64,000 nucleotides of DNA. Source: Octopus vulgaris (taxonomy: Eukaryota). How positions within the stretch are numbered: position 1 is the stretch's first letter; every line of letters begins with the position of its first letter. Positions 40,938 to 54,577 of the stretch are shown one piece after another. Location: NCBI GenBank assembly GCA_951406725.2, contig OX597829.1, positions 33,418,001-33,482,000 on the forward strand. The letters run 5' to 3'. The notes beneath the pieces are model-generated. The model ran no database searches and was not told where the DNA came from. It saw only the letters and a list, made by a program, of their open reading frames with translations. The translations under genes and the position numbers were made by a program.

Positions 40938-41385
40938 TTTATGTATGTATGTATATATCAGATGTATAAAGTTAAAACATTGTCTATTTTTCCCATTTTT
41001 TTTTATCATTGTATTAAAAAAAAATTTTTTTACAATGTTGAAGTATATTACACATTGAAAAAAATATTTTGTAATGTTCATAAAGTTCAATTAGTGCTTT
41101 CATATGTTCATAGTAATTATCAAGTTTCAAAATGTATTGAACTAACTGTTGAGTTCTTGACAACTGTAGTAAAATGACTGACTTGTTTCTTTTTATACCT
41201 CTTAGAAGGCTCCAAGAAGCTGAATTTTTGGAATACAGTTTTGACCAATCCTCATGCACCTTAAATGTCATGGTTTGATATTACACCTTTATTTTAACCA
41301 ATTAGCTTGTAGCTCACATGTAATGGTCTTATGAGTGAGCAAGTTTAGTTGGTTTCAATTGTTTTTTTTTTCAATTGGTTTGTAT

Positions 41386-44300
41386 TCATCATCATCATCA
41401 TCATCATCATCGTTTAGCGTCCGTTTTCCATGCTAGCATGGGTTGGACGGTTCTACTGGGGTCTGTGAAACCAGAAGGCTTCATCAGACCCAGTCAAATC
41501 TGGCAGTGTTTCTACGGCTGGATGCCCTTCCTAACGCCAACCACTCCGTGAGTGTAGTGGGTGCTTTTTACGTGCCACCCGCACTGGTGCCAGACAGAGC
41601 TGGCAAACGGCCACGAATGGATGGTGCTTTTTATGTGCCACCGGCACGAGGGCCAGGCGAGGCTGGCAACGGTCGCGAAACGGAAAGTTCTCTTACATGC
41701 CACCGGCACTGGTAACACATCTGCAATTTCCATTGATCGATTTCCATTGATCGATTTCGATTCTGATCGTCACTTGCCTCAACGGGTCTTCACAAGCAGA
41801 GTTTTGACATGCCACCGGCACTGGTAGCACATCCGCAATTTCCATTGATCGATTTCGATTCTGATCCTCACTTGCCTCATCACGTCTTCACAAGTAGAGT
41901 TTTGTGTCCCAAGTAGGGAAGGTATGCATACGTAGGCTGGCTCCATCCCATGTAGAAGGCCACGGGTTATGGACTCACTTGTCCTGCCGGGTCTTCTCGT
42001 GCACAGCACACTTCCAGAGGTCTCGGTCTCTAGTCATTTCCTCAGTGAGACCTAAAGTTCGAAGGTCGTGCTTCACCACCTCGTCCCAGGTTTTCCTGGG
42101 TCTGCCTCTTCCACAGGTTCCCTCAACCGCTAGGGTGTGGCACTTTTTCACACAACTATCTTCATCCATTCTCGCCACATGACCATACCAGCGCAAACGT
42201 CTCTCTTGCACACCACAACTGATGCTTCTTAGGACCAGCTTTTCTCTCAAGGTACTTACACTCTGCCGAGTGTGAGTACCGGCATTACACATCCATCGGA
42301 GCATACTGGCTTCATTTCTAGCGAGCTTACGCATATCCTCAGCAGTCACGGCCCATGTTTCACTGCCATGTAGCATGGCTGTTCGTACACACGCATCATA
42401 CAGTCTGCCTTTCACTCTGTGCGAGAGGCCTTTTGTCACCAGCAGAGGTAAGAGCTCTCTGAACTTTGCCCAAGCTATTCTTACTCTAGCAGTTACACTT
42501 TCAGCACACCCGCCCCCGCTGCTGACTTGGTCACCTAGGTAACGGAAACTATCAACTATTTCTAGTTTTTCTCCCTGGAAAGTGACGGAAGTTGGTCTCA
42601 GAGCATTTTCAGTGTTTATTGTTCCTGAGCATCTGCCACATACAAAAACCATCTTCCTAGTTAGCCTTCCTTTGACATTGCTGCACCTCTTATGTGTCCA
42701 TAGCTTACACTTGGTGCATCTTATAGAGTTTCTACCTACACCTTTTCTACAGATCGAGCAGGGCCATCTACCTGAAGGTGTTTGTGATTTGTCTACCTTC
42801 CTACTGATTACGACTTTGGTTTTAGCTAGATTGACTCTGAGGCCCTTCGATTCTAATCCTTGTTTCCACACCTGAAACTTCTCCTCCAGTTCTGATAGCG
42901 ACTCAGCAATTAGAGCAAGGTCATCAGCATAGAGGAGCTCCCAAGGGCATCCTGTCTTGAATTCCTCCGTTATTGCCTGGAGGACTATGATAAATAGGAG
43001 GGGGCTGAGTACTGAGCCTTGGTGGACTCCTACCTCTACCCGGAATTCTTCACTGTACACATTTCCAACCCTCACCCTACTAGCGGCGTCCCTGTACATG
43101 GCCCGCACAGCTCTCACTAACCATTCATCTATCCCTAGTTTCCTCATTGCCCACCAGATAAGGGATCGGGGACCCTGTCGAAGGCTTTCTCCATGTCAAC
43201 AAAAGCCAGGTACAGGGGCTTATCTTTGGCTAGGTATTTCTCCTGCAGCTGCCTTACCAGGAATATAGCATCAGTAGTACTTTTCCCTGGCACAAACCCA
43301 AACTGCATCTCATCTAAACTAACTCTCTCTAATTAGTTGGGCTATGACCTTCTCCGTAACCTTCATCACCTGGTCCAACAGCTTGATACCTCTGTAGTTA
43401 TTTGTATCTAGGGCATCACCTTTACCTTTGTAGCAGTTGACTATTATACTGCTACACCAGTCATTGGGTATGACCCCTTTGTGTATCACCTGATTAACTA
43501 TACGGGTGACTAGGCTATAGCCGACACTACCAGACATTTTGAGCATCTCTGCAGTGATTCCTGATGGGCCTGGGGCTTTCCCTGTCTTCATGCTTCTAAT
43601 TGCCTTAGCTACCACGGAACTATCAACTCGGATAGCTGGTCCCTCTGTTGGGTCAACATTCGGCAGACTCTCTTTATCCCATTCATTTTCTTCATTCAGC
43701 AACCTTTCATAGTGGCATCTCCAAACCTCTCTCTTTGCATCCTCATTTAGCGCAAGTGAACCATCTTCCATGCGAACACACTTCTCTCCTACCACATCAC
43801 GATTCTCTCTCACACACTGTCTTGCAACACGAAACACCTCCAGTCTTTGGTCCTCACGGCGCAGGACATTGGCAAATTTTTTCTTATCTGCTTCCCCTCT
43901 GGCTAAATAAACCTGTCTCCTAGCTTCTCTTTTGGCAGTCTGATACAATCCCCTGCTACCCCCATTTTTCCAGACCTTCCAAGCCTGTCTCTTTTCTCTA
44001 ATAGCCCTGTCTACAATATTGTTCCACCACCACGTTATTCTAGGTCGAGAGGGGACTTTGCACCAGTCACAGATCTGGTCAGTGGCTCTCAGCAGGTTGT
44101 CCCTTAGAAACGTCCAGCTGTCTTCTACCCCCTGTGATGCTCTATCCCCTTCTACTTCGTCAGAGGCTTCAAGTAATATGTCCCTAAATCTCTGTCCATT
44201 TGCAGGATCTTTAAGCTTCCAGATCCTTCTTCTCCATATTTGTCGTCTTCTGGTTGTCCTCCTAGTCCTGATCCTAAAGTCACTAACTACCAGTCTATGT

Positions 44301-44850
44301 TGTGGGGTACATTCTTCGCCTGGGAAGGTTTTGGCATTTATAAGCAGCCATCTCTCCCTTTGCCTTGTAAGGATGTAGTCAATTTGGCTGGTATGTTGGC
44401 CCGATTGGTAAGTGACTAGGTGGCTGGTAGGTTTCCTGAAGTTAGTGTTGCAAATCATAAGATTATTTGCATCGCAGAACTCCAGCAGCCTGGTTCCCTC
44501 CTTGTTGCGGGAGCCATAGCCATAGCCTCCATGTACGCCATGGAAGCCCCCAGCATGTCGTCCAACGTGACCATTGAAGTCACCAGCCACAAAGATAAGG
44601 TCTCTGTCGTTCGTCAACGAGGTAGTCTGCAGTAGAGTGTCATAGAATCGGTCTTTCTGTCCATCGGGTAGCCCCGACTGAGGAGCATAGGCTGATATAA
44701 TGGTTGCTAAACTATGATGAAGCACTAATCTAATCTTAAGTATTCTGTCACATACTCTGATTACCTCAATTACTTTATCTACCCATTTCTCAGCGATAAG
44801 TATACCCACGCCACCAACCCCGTCAGTTTTCCCTGCCCAGAAAATCTTAT
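41386..44850 (-). mobile_element. RTE-clade LINE, 5'-truncated within APE domain, two frameshifts, 3'UTR and (GAT)n tail
   Basis: ORF 43319-44869 has APE (GDFNGHVG, SQIDYIL) and start of RT. ORF 41975-43147 has GVHQGSVLSP, YADD and thumb. Frameshifts near 43320 and 43178. Confidence 0.95.
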
Positions 44851-45770
44851 ATTTTTTAATGCACATCATTAACTGGTTGTTTATTAATTGTTGTTATTTC
44901 TGTTCAGAACAAGTTTGAACATTTTAATAAAACATTTTTCTTTTATCTTTTTCCAACCTCACTTATGTCATGTAGTTTGTGAAAAGGAAAAATTAGAAGC
45001 ATTTTTTGACCATGTGTTTCCATATGTTCATGCAATGGAATTTGGCGAACATTAGTGTTCTGGATTTGTTGTCCGTGAACTCGTGAGGTTTCCAATAATG
45101 CATTCCTTGTCTTGCCAATATCTAGTTCCTCACAATTAGGGCATTTAATACAGTAGATCAAATTTCTGCTTTTGCAGTTCATATCTGCATTTGTGAAAAT
45201 CTGTTCATTTTTTGTTCTAGTGGATCTACCAGTATGCATGTATTGACACATTCCACATCTGTTATCATTACACTTGGGTACTGTGACTGTTTTATCCTGT
45301 TTATTCATGTTGAATTTTGCCTTGGTTAATAGTTTCTTTAGGTTATGTGGTTGCCTTTTGCTTAAGATAAGTGTTTGGTTAGTTATTATGTTTTTTTAAT
45401 TTTTCACTTTGTTTTATGATTGGCAAATTTGTTTTGATGATGTTAAAAATACTTTAGTGATGCAGATTGTGTGTTACTAGAAATGGTATTGTGTTCCATT
45501 GATGGATTCATTTTTCTTGTGTTGCCCTAAGTTGTTCTATAGATATCTCTTTTACCTATTGTATGTTATTTTCTATAAGTAGGTGAGGGAAATTTTGCTT
45601 GAGCAGAAATACTTCGAGTTCTATAAGTCCTGAGTTCCATAAGTTCTGAGTTCTTTGAGCTCTATAAGTTCCTGGTATATGGATCATCTACTATAGTACA
45701 AATTTTCCTGGCTGGATAATACGGGATGTTGTGTTTTGTGTGTGTTGGGTGGCATGATTTGAAATTCGTA
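44851..45770 (-). pseudogene. Penelope-like element C-terminus (Cys-rich linker plus GIY-YIG)
   Basis: ORF 44943-45308: KCNDNRCGMC..MNCKSRNLIYCIKCPNCEELDIGKT..H..EHM..IFPF. Upstream HPTHTKHNIPY-type thumb near 45720-45760. Confidence 0.85.
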
Positions 45771-46479
45771 AAGTCCAAATGAAGTAATTATAGCAGTTTT
45801 AGGAACATAAGCAGGTTCTATAGGAACTTATTATAGGCACATACTAAATGGATTTTCAAATAAACAGTACAACTATATAAAGAACCTGAGAAATCATGGA
45901 TAAGAAGAATTGGATATTTATTAAGAACAATTAAAGCATTCAATCGTCTGTAGTCTCCACTGGGATACCAATTTCTTGTGAACCACATGCAGTGGAGAAG
46001 GCCAATTACTACAGGAAGATCAAATTATTCTGAGCTCCAACACATTGCTAAGTTCGTCCTTTGCCAATTTTAGTTTGTCCAAGTCACAATGAAACAGGAG
46101 GTCCCTAACTGATGATATGATATGCAACAGAGTGAACAGGATTCCTCTTATTAAAAAGGTTGCGAGTGAAGTCTGGAAATTTTTAAAGAATCATGTGATA
46201 ATGATTAGATTAGGAGGGTACAATTAAAAGTGGACTGACAGTAGCAGATTCAATGCTCATAAACATTGTATTGATAAATTAGATTTTTCACCAGAAGTGG
46301 AAAGAGGAGAAATGCTAACAGCCTGTTAAGTAATTGCTGTTGGTTTTCCTGATTTGCATAAACATTTTACAGACAAAATGCTATATGCTGCTCATGTATC
46401 TACCAGGAACCAAAATTTGGAAAGAGTATTGAAAATATAGGATGTGACTTATTGAAGGCAAAAAATGTAGTCCTTGGAG

Positions 46480-47200
46480 CAGTCATTTGCCCATGTTTGA
46501 GTGATTGATTTGAAAGAATATAGTAGAATGCATTTGTGTGCTATAGCACCAAAGTTGTGATACCAACAAAATGTAGTAACTCTCCCACGAGGACTGAACA
46601 AATGATTTGGTGAAGTCCTTTAAAAACAAGAATTTGAGTGCGCAGAATATTGAGGTGACTATCATTATGTGAATCTGTCTGTCAGTGTCTAAATTTTGTC
46701 TTCAGTCCTCCTACAAAACATTGCCAGTTCAGAAGAAATAGATGTGAAAGTAGAAGGATGAATTTCTGTGTTAGAAGTACTGGAAAAAAAACACCCATAA
46801 TACCATCTGCTAATTCAGCCAACTGAATAGTAGAGCTCTGCTCTCTTATAGGTGCTAAAATAGCTTCCACATTTGACAGTAAGTGGGATAAAAAGGTTGT
46901 GTCAACATCAACTCTTCAAGTGGGTTATCCTCAAATAATTCTTTTATTTTTCTCAAGAGTTAGGAAAGCTTCGTATCTCCCAAGACTTCATTGTGAAGGA
47001 GCTAGTAAAAAGCAATTTTGTCTGGACATAGAAGTTCTTAATTTATTTTCATATATAACATATAAACATGTACATCTTTTAGAACATTGTCATTTTATAA
47101 GATTTTGCTGGCAATAAAATTTGTCCCAAAATCATGCATTCAAAGGTAGTCAAAATGTTCCTCGGCATTGAAACATTGGTTTTAACTGTTATGCCACATG
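46480..47200 (-). mobile_element. Possible degenerate hAT-like transposase fragment
   Basis: Minus-strand VEAILAP..FFPVLL weakly resembles the hAT-family KCEAI..VLAP region. Heavily decayed. Confidence 0.3.
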
Positions 47201-47574
47201 GACTAAAATTTTGTGAGTGGGAAATGCATGACTGACTTGTTAATAGACAATATTATTAGTATATCAACATCACAGATCAAAAGTTGATAGTTGTGGTGAT
47301 GAAAATTGTGAGGTTATCGTCAGTGGCATATGGTGGTTGTTGTCATTGGGTGTGATGTCACACTGATCATTCTAATGTTAGACTAACATTAATATTACAC
47401 AAATTAAGCATACAAACTGTGTATTTCTATTCAAAATGCGGGATCCAAAATGTAAATAATGTAAACTTAATTAAACTGGGATGCAGAAATATTGCACTAA
47501 GTAAACTGAATTAATAATACCCTATAAATTGTAAGCATTCTAAAATAAGCCATAATTTTCTTATGTGCACACAC

Positions 47575-47860
47575 TGAAAAACCTGGAGCTGTTGGGGTTA
47601 TCCAGAAGGGATGGAAAGAGACCAGATGGGCTTATTCTCTGTCCCTAGGTTAGAGATAGGTGCCTCATTTGGGATGCCACAATCTGCAACTCCTTTATTC
47701 CTTCCAACATCCTGGATGCTGCAATTAATGAGAAAGTCACTTTTTCCATAGATGAATGAAAGAAAACCTTGAAGTATCGGGACATGACAGCAAATTATCT
47801 CTTCCAGCTTGTGGCATTTGAGACATTTTGAGGGACTGGGCCACTAACTGCAAAGTTTTT
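47575..47860 (+). pseudogene. CRE-clade non-LTR retrotransposon RLE domain relic
   Basis: GLSRRDGKRPDGLILCP*VRDRCLIWDATIC..KKTLKYRDMTANYLFQLVAFETF*GTG matches the DGKRPDG..WD.T..K..KY..ET.G motif. Confidence 0.75.
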
Positions 47861-47989
47861 CAAATCTAATAAGACAGTATTGCAGGTATAAGTAGATCCA
47901 GTTGATAATACTTATAGGACACGGGTATTACACACTGAGAGCATCTGTCAAGTTCTATTCAATTCTGTAGCTCTGTCTTTTTCCATTTT

Positions 47990-48340
47990 AGAAAAGGCTG
48001 GGATTGGCCTTGCTTTTGATAATATTACCTCCATTTAGTTTTGTTTCAAGCAACTTCTAATCTGTATTTTTTCTTCTTTGGAGACTTTCTCTCTCATTTT
48101 TATTTCCATTACCTTATCTTGTTGCAGTCTTAGAAACTTGTATCCTTCATTATCTCTCAGTGATATAATGATGTTGTTTGGTGGTATCTTCATACCATTG
48201 GGCTTAACCTTTTGAATTCTCTTCATAATTAAAACTGCACAATTATTATACCCAAACTACTTACCAAAAGCTTTGCTAAATTCTGTTACTATTTGGATAA
48301 AGAATCTAGGGATTTTTTCATTTTGGTGTATAGTTTGAGG
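47990..48340 (-). pseudogene. R4/Dong-like RT fragment (post-YxDD region)
   Basis: LKLYTK..FSKAFGK*FGYNNCAVLIMKR..GMKIP..ISLRDNEGYKFL..MREKVSKE..CLKQN. Confidence 0.65.
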
Positions 48341-48344
48341 GTAT

Positions 48345-51300
48345 GCCCACCACCACCACACACAGGCGGCTCAGGACATGTGGTCGCCCCTCACTGAACT
48401 GAGGCAGCAGTGGAGTCCGGCAGCCTCCTGAGTGACCGAGCAGCCCTCTTCAGGATCGCTCTGCTCGCCTCCCCAGCATGAGGACGGGGCTAGAAAAGGT
48501 TGCCCTAAACATAGCCTGCCTCACCTCACCCTGGTCAGCAAACCGCGGCTAGCGGGGATCCTTTCCAAGCGGTCGAAACAAAGAAAGAAGAAAACAAACA
48601 AAGGTGCTCACTTTCGCAACTTGGAACGTGAGAACTCTGCTTGACAACACCAAAGCGGACAGACCAGAGAGACGAACTGCCCTGGTGGCCAGAGAACTGA
48701 GCCGATACAGTGTCGATATTGCAGCACTGAGCGAGACCCGCCTTGCGGACAAAGGCCAGCTGACAGAGACAGGCGGCGGCTACACTTTCTTTTGGAGTGG
48801 TCGCAGCAGCGAAGAGCGTCGTGAGGCTGGTGTTGGTTTTGCCATTAAGTCAGTACACGTGCGGAAACTGGAAAGCCCCCCGAGGGTATCAACGATCGGC
48901 TGATGAAGATGCAGCTGCCACTTGGAAACAAGACTAGTGCGACCATCATCAGTGCTTACGCCCCCACCATGACCAACCCTGAAGAAGTTAAGGACAGGTT
49001 CTATGAGGAACTCGACTCCCTCATCACGTCAGCCCAGCCTGGGAAGCTCATCCTCCTTGGGGATTTTAACGCCCGTGTCGGGACTGACCACCAAGCCTGG
49101 CATCGCGTACTGGGAAAGCAAGGAATCGGAAAGTGCAACAGCAACGGACAGCTCCTCCTGCGTGCGTGTGCCTCTCATGATCTTACCATCGCCAACACCT
49201 TGTTCCGTCTGCCAACACGCAACAAGACATCATGGATGCATCCACGCTCCAAACACTGGCATCTGATAGATTACGTCATCGTCAGGGCGAAAGACAGGCG
49301 GGACGTGAGACTGGTCAAAGCCATGTGCGGAGCTGACTGCTGGACGGACCATCGCCTCATCATCTCCAGGATGGATTTCTACATCCGACCTAAGAGAAGA
49401 CCACAGGGTCAGAAAGTGACGAGGAAGCTTAACATCACGAAATTAAGGAACCAGCTGACTGCACAAGATCTCCAGTCACGTATGGACAGTAAGCTGTTGG
49501 ACATTCAGAGTGACCAGTCCAGCATCGATGAGCAGTGGGAATCATTCAGGTTCATTCCATCGCCCTTGAAACTCTGGGCCAAATTACGAGGAACCACCAG
49601 GACTGGTTCGACGAAAACGACCAGGAAATCCAAAAGCTCCTGGAAGAGAAACGCCGTCTGCTGCGGGCTCACCAAAATGACGCCACCTGCACGGCAAAGA
49701 AGGCCGCTTTCAACAACATTTGCAGCACAGTCCAGGCTAAACTCCGCCTCATGCAAGACGCATGGTTAAGCGCCAAGGCGGATGAGATTCAGGGATACGC
49801 AGACAAACACGACACCAAGAAATTCTACGAGGCGCTGAAAGCTGTCTATGGACCGCAGTTCTCCTTTGGATCAACCCCCCTGCTCAGCTCAGATGGAACC
49901 TCACTCCTGACTAACAAGAGGCTGATCCTGGAGAGATGGGCGGAGCACTTCAACATCGTGCTCAACCGACCAGCCCAGATCAACGAGGAAGCCATCGCAC
50001 GACTCCCCCAGGTGCCGACAAACCACGAGTTGGCTGTTCCCCCTGCAGTCGGGGAAGTGAGCAGAGCCATCAAAAAAATGTCCACCGGCAAAGCTCCAGG
50101 CTCTGACGCCATCCCTGCAGAGGTGTTCAAGTCGGGCGGCCCCACCATGATCAGTCAGCTCACCAGCCTGTTCCAGTCGATGTGGGACAGGGAACAACTC
50201 CCTCAAGATTTCCGGGATGCAACAATCGTCCACATTTATAAGCGGAAAGGAGATCGGCAGTCCTGCGACAACCACCGAGGTATTTCCCTCTTGTCCATAG
50301 CAGGCAAGATCCTGGCCCGGGTCCTGCTTGACCGCCTTCTGGAACACTTGGAGCAAGGCCTTCTCCCTGAGAGCCAGTGTGGCTTCCGTGCGGGTCGAGG
50401 GACCACTGACATGATATTCGCCGCCCGTCAGCTCCAGGAGAAATGCATGGAGCAGCACCTTGACCTCTGCATGACCTTTGTTGACCTCACCAAGGCCTTT
50501 GATACAGTCAGTCGGGAGGGACTATGGAAGGTCATGGGAAAATTTGGTTGCCCCAGCAAATTTATTGCAATTGTCCGCCAGTTCCACGACGGAATGACAG
50601 CCAGAATCCTTGAGGACGGCGACTCATCTGAAGCCTTCCAGGTGACCAACGGAGTCAGGCAGGGCTGTGTCCTGGCCCCAACACTGTTCAGCATCATGTT
50701 CTCGGCAATGATGTCCGACGCCTTTAGGGACTGCAAGTCCGGTATCAACATCAAGTACAGGACAGACGGGAAACTTTTCAACTCCAGGAGATTGCAGGCT
50801 GTCACAAAGGTGAGGGAGACAGTCGTCAGAGACTTTCTCTTTGCTGACGACTGTGCCCTTAATGCAATCGATGAGCAGGAGATGCAGCTCGAGATGGACA
50901 GGTTCTCATCAGCCTGTGACAACTTCGGTCTCACCATCAGTGCAAAGAAAACCGAAGTGATGTTTCAGCCAGCCCCCGGCAAACAATACCATGAGCCTCA
51001 GATAAGGGTGAACGGACGGATCTTACGAGTGGTGGAAAACTTCACCTACCTGGGCAGCACTCTCTCCTGCAATGCCAACATAGATGCTGAAACCATCAAC
51101 AGAATCTCCAAGGCAAGCAGCGCGTTTGGGAGACTGCGAAAGAAAGTCTGGGAGCGGAGAGGAATCAGCCTCAACACCAAGCTGAAAGTCTACCGGGCAG
51201 TCGTGCTTACCACTCTACTATATGGCTGCGAGACGTGGACTGCTTACCGAAGGCACGAGCGCCAGATAAACCACTTCCATCTCAGGTGTCTTTGGAATCT

Positions 51301-51841
51301 CCTTCACATCCGCTGGCAGGACAAAGTCCCAGACACGGAAGTTCTGAAGCAGGCAGATCTCCCTAGCACCATCACAATCATGCGCAAGGCCCAGCTGAGA
51401 TGGGCGGGCCACGTCTCCCGCATGTCCGACACTCGCATCCCAAAACAGCTCTTCTACGGTGAACTCGGCCAGGGCAGGCGCAAAGTCGGAGGGCAGAAAA
51501 AGCGCTACAAGGATAGTCTCAAGGTCTCTCTCAAAGACTTCTCCATCGGAACAGAGACCTGGGAGACACTTGCTGCCAACCGCTCATCCTGGCGCAGCGC
51601 AATCACCGTGGGAGCAGGGACAGCCGAGGAGGGACGGATTCGGTCAGCGGAGCAGAAACGTCAGATGCGTAAAGTCAGAGCCGCCTGCACCAGTAGCACT
51701 GCCCCTACCCACTTCTGCCCCACCTGTGGGAGGGGCTTCCTTGCCCGGATTGGCCTCACCAGCCACCTCCGGTCTCATGGCGGCAGTTCCATCAGATGAT
51801 GTCAGTTGGTCATCTTCGAACCGAAGGACGAACATCATCAT
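48345..51841 (+). mobile_element. Full-length GC-rich RTE-clade LINE (APE-RT-C2H2), two frameshifts
   Basis: TWNVRTL, ALSETR, GDFNARVG, LIDYVIV, TDH (APE); RGISLL, GVRQGCVLAP, FADD (RT); CPTCGRGFLARIGLTSHLRSH. Frameshifts near 48880 and 49545. Short 3'UTR with (CAT)n. Confidence 0.95.
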
Positions 51842-52329
51842 TGGGAATGACATTCTTTGTATTTAGAGCTTTTGACTGTGTTTTAAATGTAGGGTAAAAG
51901 TGTATTTAAAACAGTCTTCAATTCAATCACTTTGTTTGAGGATTTTCACAGAATGGTATCAGTCACTATTATAGTTAGGATGCATACTTTACGTTCCTGA
52001 AATGTGGTAATTAGGTGACCACTTTTTTGTTATTTCAGGTTCTTACTGGTCAAGTTCAATGGAGAATTTGATTATAAAGTTTGGCTTCATTATGAATCAA
52101 GTAACCAGATATTATTAGAAGGGATATATAAGCGAAAATTGATTAGTGGCAGGAAAAATAAAAGTAGTTCAATCCTCATTCTAAGCTGTGGAAAAGTCTT
52201 GTGTTTACTTTACATGACTTAATTTCAAAGAGAAATTATATTTGTGAATATGACTCTGAATACACATCTAGTCATAACTCATACTGTATTGGTACAATTA
52301 GTGACCTATTGGTGTTTGAAAAGCTAAGA

Positions 52330-53595
52330 CTAGTTTCTGGAAGATGATGCTGCAATTTGTGACTTGCTTCAAAGGAAAAGAAGCTTTGATGACAATTTCT
52401 TGTTCAATCTCTCAATCCTAATTGCAATGAAGTCTTCAAAAGCCTAAAATCTGTCATATGAAATAGTTAGAGAAATAGTTTGCTGCACAAGGATAGGGAA
52501 AATTATAAAGGGTTATATTCTTTTTTAAAGGAGACCTTTGGATTTGAGTCTTCAAGAATTGCACCTCTATGCTCAAAAGATGGTTCAATAATTTATAAAG
52601 ATCAGCACAAAAGTGCTGGATGGAACATTACTCAGAATTTCTCAATAAACCTTCTGAAATCAACATAAATTTAATAAAATCTATTCAACAGCAACCCATC
52701 AAGAGGAAATGGCGTCAACACCATCAGTAGAGGACATATGAGCAGTAAGAAATCTAAGTAACAATAAGGTGCCTGGTATAAATGGCGCTTAAGTGTGGAA
52801 GGGAGAAAAGGATTGACTGTCACTTATTGATTGTTTTTCAAAAGAATGAAGAAGTCCCACAAGACTGAATAGATGCAGTTCTTCTATCACTATTCAAATA
52901 AGATCCAAAAGATGAATGCAGAAATTTTCCTGTAATATCTGTTCTATCAGCTGTGGAAGTAAGTTCTAGCCCATTTACTTTTGGCACAATTAAATAAACA
53001 TAATGTTCCAACTTTTGTTCCAGAATCCCAATGCAAGTTCAGATCATCTTGGGGGACAACTGGTATAATATTTACTGTTCGCCAACTTCAGGAAAGGTGT
53101 GCTAAACAAAATATGCCTTTGTATGGCTGTTTTGTGGATCTTTGAATCCATTTGATACTACAAGTAGGGATGCATTCTGGATTGTTTTGGAAAAGTATGA
53201 ATTATCATCATTGTTTAACGCCTTCCTCCCATGCTGGCATGGGTTGAATGGTTCGACAGAAGCAGGCTAGACAGGAACCTGCACCATGCTTCTGTGTCTC
53301 TTTTGGCATGATTTTAAAACAGACACAGAAGCATGGCACAGGTTCCTCTTGGCCAGCACCTGTCGAATCATCCAATCCATGTCAGCATGGTAAGAGAATG
53401 TTATTGCATAAAGAGATGAAGGCTAGAATTAACCTTGTTGGTATTCTTTCAGAACCCTTTGCTGTGGAAAATGATGTAAAGCTAGGTGATCTTGATGTTG
53501 TAACACTTTGCACTGTTTGTAATACAAATCTCAAGCAGCTCTCAGGGCTCAAAGACCACTTATGTGCTCATACACAGGTAAAGCACATCTAACAA
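52330..53595 (+). pseudogene. Old, AT-rich, internally deleted RTE of the same C2H2-tailed type
   Basis: APLCSKDGS; ESQCKFRSSWGTTGIIFTVRQLQERC; LHKEMKARI..SEPFAVENDVKLG; terminal CTVC..GLKDHLCAH. Confidence 0.7.
53203..53400. repeat. Palindromic tails-out pair of RTE 3' ends
   Basis: catgctggcatgggttg..tgcttctgtgtct is mirrored by agacacagaagcatgg..ccatgtcagcatgg around a ~22-nt spacer. Confidence 0.8.
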
Positions 53596-53711
53596 AAAGT
53601 GGTTAAGCTTTAAATTGGAGCAGACTACCTACACACACACACACTTATTTGTATATACTGTGTGTGTGTGTGCATGTGTGTGTGTGTGTGTGTGTATGTG
53701 TGTGTGTAAAA

Positions 53712-53927
53712 AACACCATTTGAGCATGGCCATTGCCAGTACCGCCTGGTGACACATAAAAGCACCCACTACACTCTTGGAGTGGTTAGTGTTAGGAAGG
53801 GCATCCAGCTGTAGAAACTCTGCCAGATCAGATTGGAGCCTGGTGCAGCCATCTGGTTTGTCAGTCCTCAGTCAAATCGTTCAACCCATGCCAGCATAGA
53901 AAGAGGACGTTAAACAATGATGATGAT
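53712..53927 (+). mobile_element. RTE 3'UTR/tail fragment
   Basis: aaaagcacccactacactc..ggaagggcatccagctgtagaaac..gacgttaaacaatgatgatg. Confidence 0.8.
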
Positions 53928-54299
53928 GTATGTATATATGTGTGTATGTACATATGCATTATTTAAGTTTATGTGAGTGAATGAGGGAGAGAGAGAGCAT
54001 GTCTGTGTGTAAGTGAACAGATTATTTATAGGTCAATTCTATCGTTAAAAATTAAAATCTTTAATTAGCATCTAACCCAAGTCAAAGCACCACCCACTGT
54101 ACGAAATAGTACGGTGCAGCCCTGAAAAGTAGCAAAATCTTCCACTTGTAACCTAATCTGGTAACACTGTAGCTGACATACAAATATTTTTTACTTCTCT
54201 CTCTTTATTTATTATTTTGGTAGCAAGTTACAGTAGCTACTTGTTTAGTTTGAAATATTTTTTCTTCTGAGGTAAAATAATAATTCAGTATCTTTTCAA

Positions 54300-54519
54300 T
54301 ATCATTTCAGTCATTTCAGACTGTGGCAATGCCGGGGCACCACTTGAGGTGATCTACAAATCAGCCCCAGTAGTTATTAAGTCTGTTACTTTTTTATTGG
54401 GTTCTTTTGTTGAACAGCTAAGTTATGGGATGTAAACAAACCAACACTGACCATTAAGATGGTGGTGTAGCAAACAAAAGACAAAGACACACATATAGCT
54501 ATACACGCACGCACACACA

Positions 54520-54577
<58 letters not shown>

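Noticed and set aside
48345-48600. HDV-like ribozyme in the RTE 5'UTR (known in some RTEs)
   Set aside because: Could not assemble a consistent P1/P2/P3/P1.1 fold by eye. A descriptor search is needed.
49846-50937. Antisense ORFs of 100-185 aa
   Set aside because: Shadows of the GC-rich RTE coding strand.
52020-52110. Possible host exon after ttttgttatttcag
   Set aside because: Only an acceptor-like motif, with no convincing donor or reading frame.
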